Shown: in pieces, positions 62,301-64,000 of the stretch
Position numbering within the stretch: the first letter of the stretch is position 1
How the letters are laid out: each line of letters begins with the position of its first letter
Source of the DNA: Fonticula alba ATCC 38817
Lineage: Eukaryota; Protista; Nucleariida
Assembly: GCA_000388065.2 (NCBI GenBank)
Contig: KB932209.1
Direction: 5' to 3' (one strand)
Length of the DNA stretch: 64,000 nt
Made by a program: the position numbers and the translations under genes
The notes under the pieces: generated by a model
Told to the model about the DNA's origin: nothing
Seen by the model: the letters and a program-made list of their open reading frames with translations, nothing else
Database searches by the model: none

Positions 62301-62879
62301 NNNNNNNNNNNNNNNNNNNNNNNNNNNNNNNNNNNNNNNNNNNNNNNNNNNNNNNNNNNNNNNNNNNNNNNNNNNNNNNNNNNNNNNNNNNNNNNNNNNN
62401 NNNNNNNNNNNNNNNNNNNNNNNNNNNNNNNNNNNNNNNNNNNNNNNNNNNNNNNNNNNNNNNNNNNNNNNNNNNNNNNNNNNNNNNNNNNNNNNNNNNN
62501 NNNNNNNNNNNNNNNNNNNNNNNNNNNNNNNNNNNNNNNNNNNNNNNNNNNNNNNNNNNNNNNNNNNNNNNNNNNNNNNNNNNNNNNNNNNNNNNNNNNN
62601 NNNNNNNNNNNNNNNNNNNNNNNNNNNNNNNNNNNNNNNNNNNNNNNNNNNNNNNNNNNNNNNNNNNNNNNNNNNNNNNNNNNNNNNNNNNNNNNNNNNN
62701 NNNNNNNNNNNNNNNNNNNNNNNNNNNNNNNNNNNNNNNNNNNNNNNNNNNNNNNNNNCTCCGGCCGCCTCGCCTCTACTCGCTGCGAGTACTCCCCATC
62801 CACCTTCCCGCTCCAGCACTCCGGTCAGGTTCGCACCCCTCCCCCCCTATGCAACGACCGCTGCTGTTGCTGTTGGCAT

Positions 62880-62917
<38 letters not shown>

Positions 62918-63008
62918 CCACCGCCTTCCATTCCGCTACCGCCACCACCATGACCATCGTCGCCTCTGCTGCGGGGCTAACACATCCCTCCTCCCGCCCC
63001 CGTGACAG

Positions 63009-64000
63009 ATGCCTCCGAAGCGTTCCAACAAGACCCTGGTCTTGCCGGCTGGCGCCCGGCCTCCCCTCCGCCTGACGCCCCCCCCCTGGGTCCCGGATGA
63101 GGAGGTCTCCAACTGCCGCATGTGCCACGCCCCCTTCACCCAGCTCAACCGGCGTGTGCGTGCTTCCACCCTCCTGCCTCTTATTGGCTACTCCGACATC
63201 TGACCCCCACCCCCGTCCCCGTCCCCCTTGCCCTTCTCTTTGCCTTCTCCCGGCCCTTTTGACACTGCTGGCGGATGCCCACAGCACCACTGCCGCCAGT
63301 GGTATGTTTCCCCATCTCCCCTCCCTCTCTCTCTCTCTCTCTCTCTCCCCGCGCCCGCCCCCGCTGCCCAGCCACCCTCTAATTCCCCTCCCCTTCGCTT
63401 TGCTTTCCTCCCCCCCCCCCCGATCCCCAACACAACCACAGCGGTGACATCTTCTGTCACTCGTGCTCGAGCAAGAAGATCCCCATGCCCCAGTTTGACT
63501 TCGCCCGGAATGAGCGTGTCTGCCGCGCTTGCACTCCCATCACCACCTACGTGGCTGATGCCTCGAGCGACCTCTTTCCCGAGAAGCAGAGCGCCGCGGC
63601 CAAGTCCATCGCCGAAATGGCCCGTCGTACGTGTCTATCTTTCCCCTCCTCGGCCCATAGCCCATCGCTCGCAGTTCTAACTTGCCTTGCTGCCCTCCTC
63701 TCTTCCCTTCCTCCTCCGCCCTGCCCCCTCCCCCCCTCCTCCTCCCCTGGCCACCCACTTCCCGGCACGCGCCCAACAGAGGAGGACGGCTTCAGCAAGA
63801 TTGTCCTCTACGGCGGCATTGGCGCCCTGATCTACCTGTGCAACTCCACCAATGAGGACGTCCTCCTGAATGCCATCCAGGCCCTGCACACCCTGGTTCA
63901 GATCGACACCGCCCAGAACACCATCTTCAACCAGGGTGTCCTGCTCCCCCTCTTCAACATCTGCAAGGGCACTGAGGAGGATAGCGCGGTGAACAACCTC
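63009..64000 (+). CDS. FYVE zinc-finger protein followed by armadillo/HEAT-like repeats. Multi-exon, runs off the right window edge.
   Basis: Spliced FYVE domain: WVPDEEVSNCRMCHAPFTQLNRR|HHCRQC|GDIFCHSCSSKKIPMPQFDFARNERVCRAC. Then ARM-like helices: DGFSKIVLYGGIGALIYLCNSTNEDVLLNAIQALHTLVQIDTAQNTIFNQGVLLPLFNICK. An upstream exon is possible, since a CAG precedes the ATG and a GCTAAC branch-like motif lies near 62975. Confidence 0.85.

Noticed and set aside
1-64000. Hundreds of overlapping Arg/Pro/Gly-rich ORFs in the supplied track
   Set aside because: These are shadow or antisense frames expected in roughly 65-70% GC DNA, or read-throughs of introns and N-gaps.
11371-64000. Apparent functional cluster of membrane-trafficking and phosphoinositide genes (CCDC93, PH proteins, C17orf75, FYVE-ARM)
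   Set aside because: They are interspersed with unrelated genes (GNL1, TypA, kinesin), show no shared regulatory element, and such genes are common, so the grouping is likely chance.
1-64000. Transposons, tRNA or rRNA genes
   Set aside because: I saw no transposase, RT or integrase motifs, no terminal inverted repeats, and no recognisable cloverleaf or rRNA sequence by eye. An Infernal/tRNAscan run would be needed to exclude small RNAs.

Overview
This is a GC-rich, intron-containing eukaryotic genomic window with no prokaryotic features. Genes are compact, with short GT-AG introns whose donors are very often GTGCGT/GTACGT. There are abundant microsatellites and poly-C/G runs, and 12 N-gaps, mostly next to homopolymers. 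Composition, intron style and gene content suggest a unicellular opisthokont such as the nucleariid Fonticula alba (inference only). I reconstructed about 15 spliced protein-coding genes by hand: an orphan helical protein running off the left edge, a UBXN7/Ubx5-type p97 adaptor, a secreted purple acid phosphatase with an N-terminal EF-hand pair, CCDC93, GNL1, a tandem-PH protein, a RasGAP followed by four PH domains, a mitochondrial-type TypA/BipA GTPase, a 64-aa spliced microprotein, a 1678-aa single-exon orphan, a probable C17orf75/Njmu-R1 homologue, a tail-anchored RVxF-motif protein, a divergent kinesin-6-like motor, a small coiled-coil orphan, and a FYVE-ARM protein running off the right edge. 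I found no tRNA, rRNA, CRISPR array or transposase. The most notable observations are the EF-hand/purple acid phosphatase fusion, the C17orf75 homologue hidden across many exons, and the RasGAP-4xPH and FYVE-ARM architectures. All homology calls come from recalled motifs, not from database searches.
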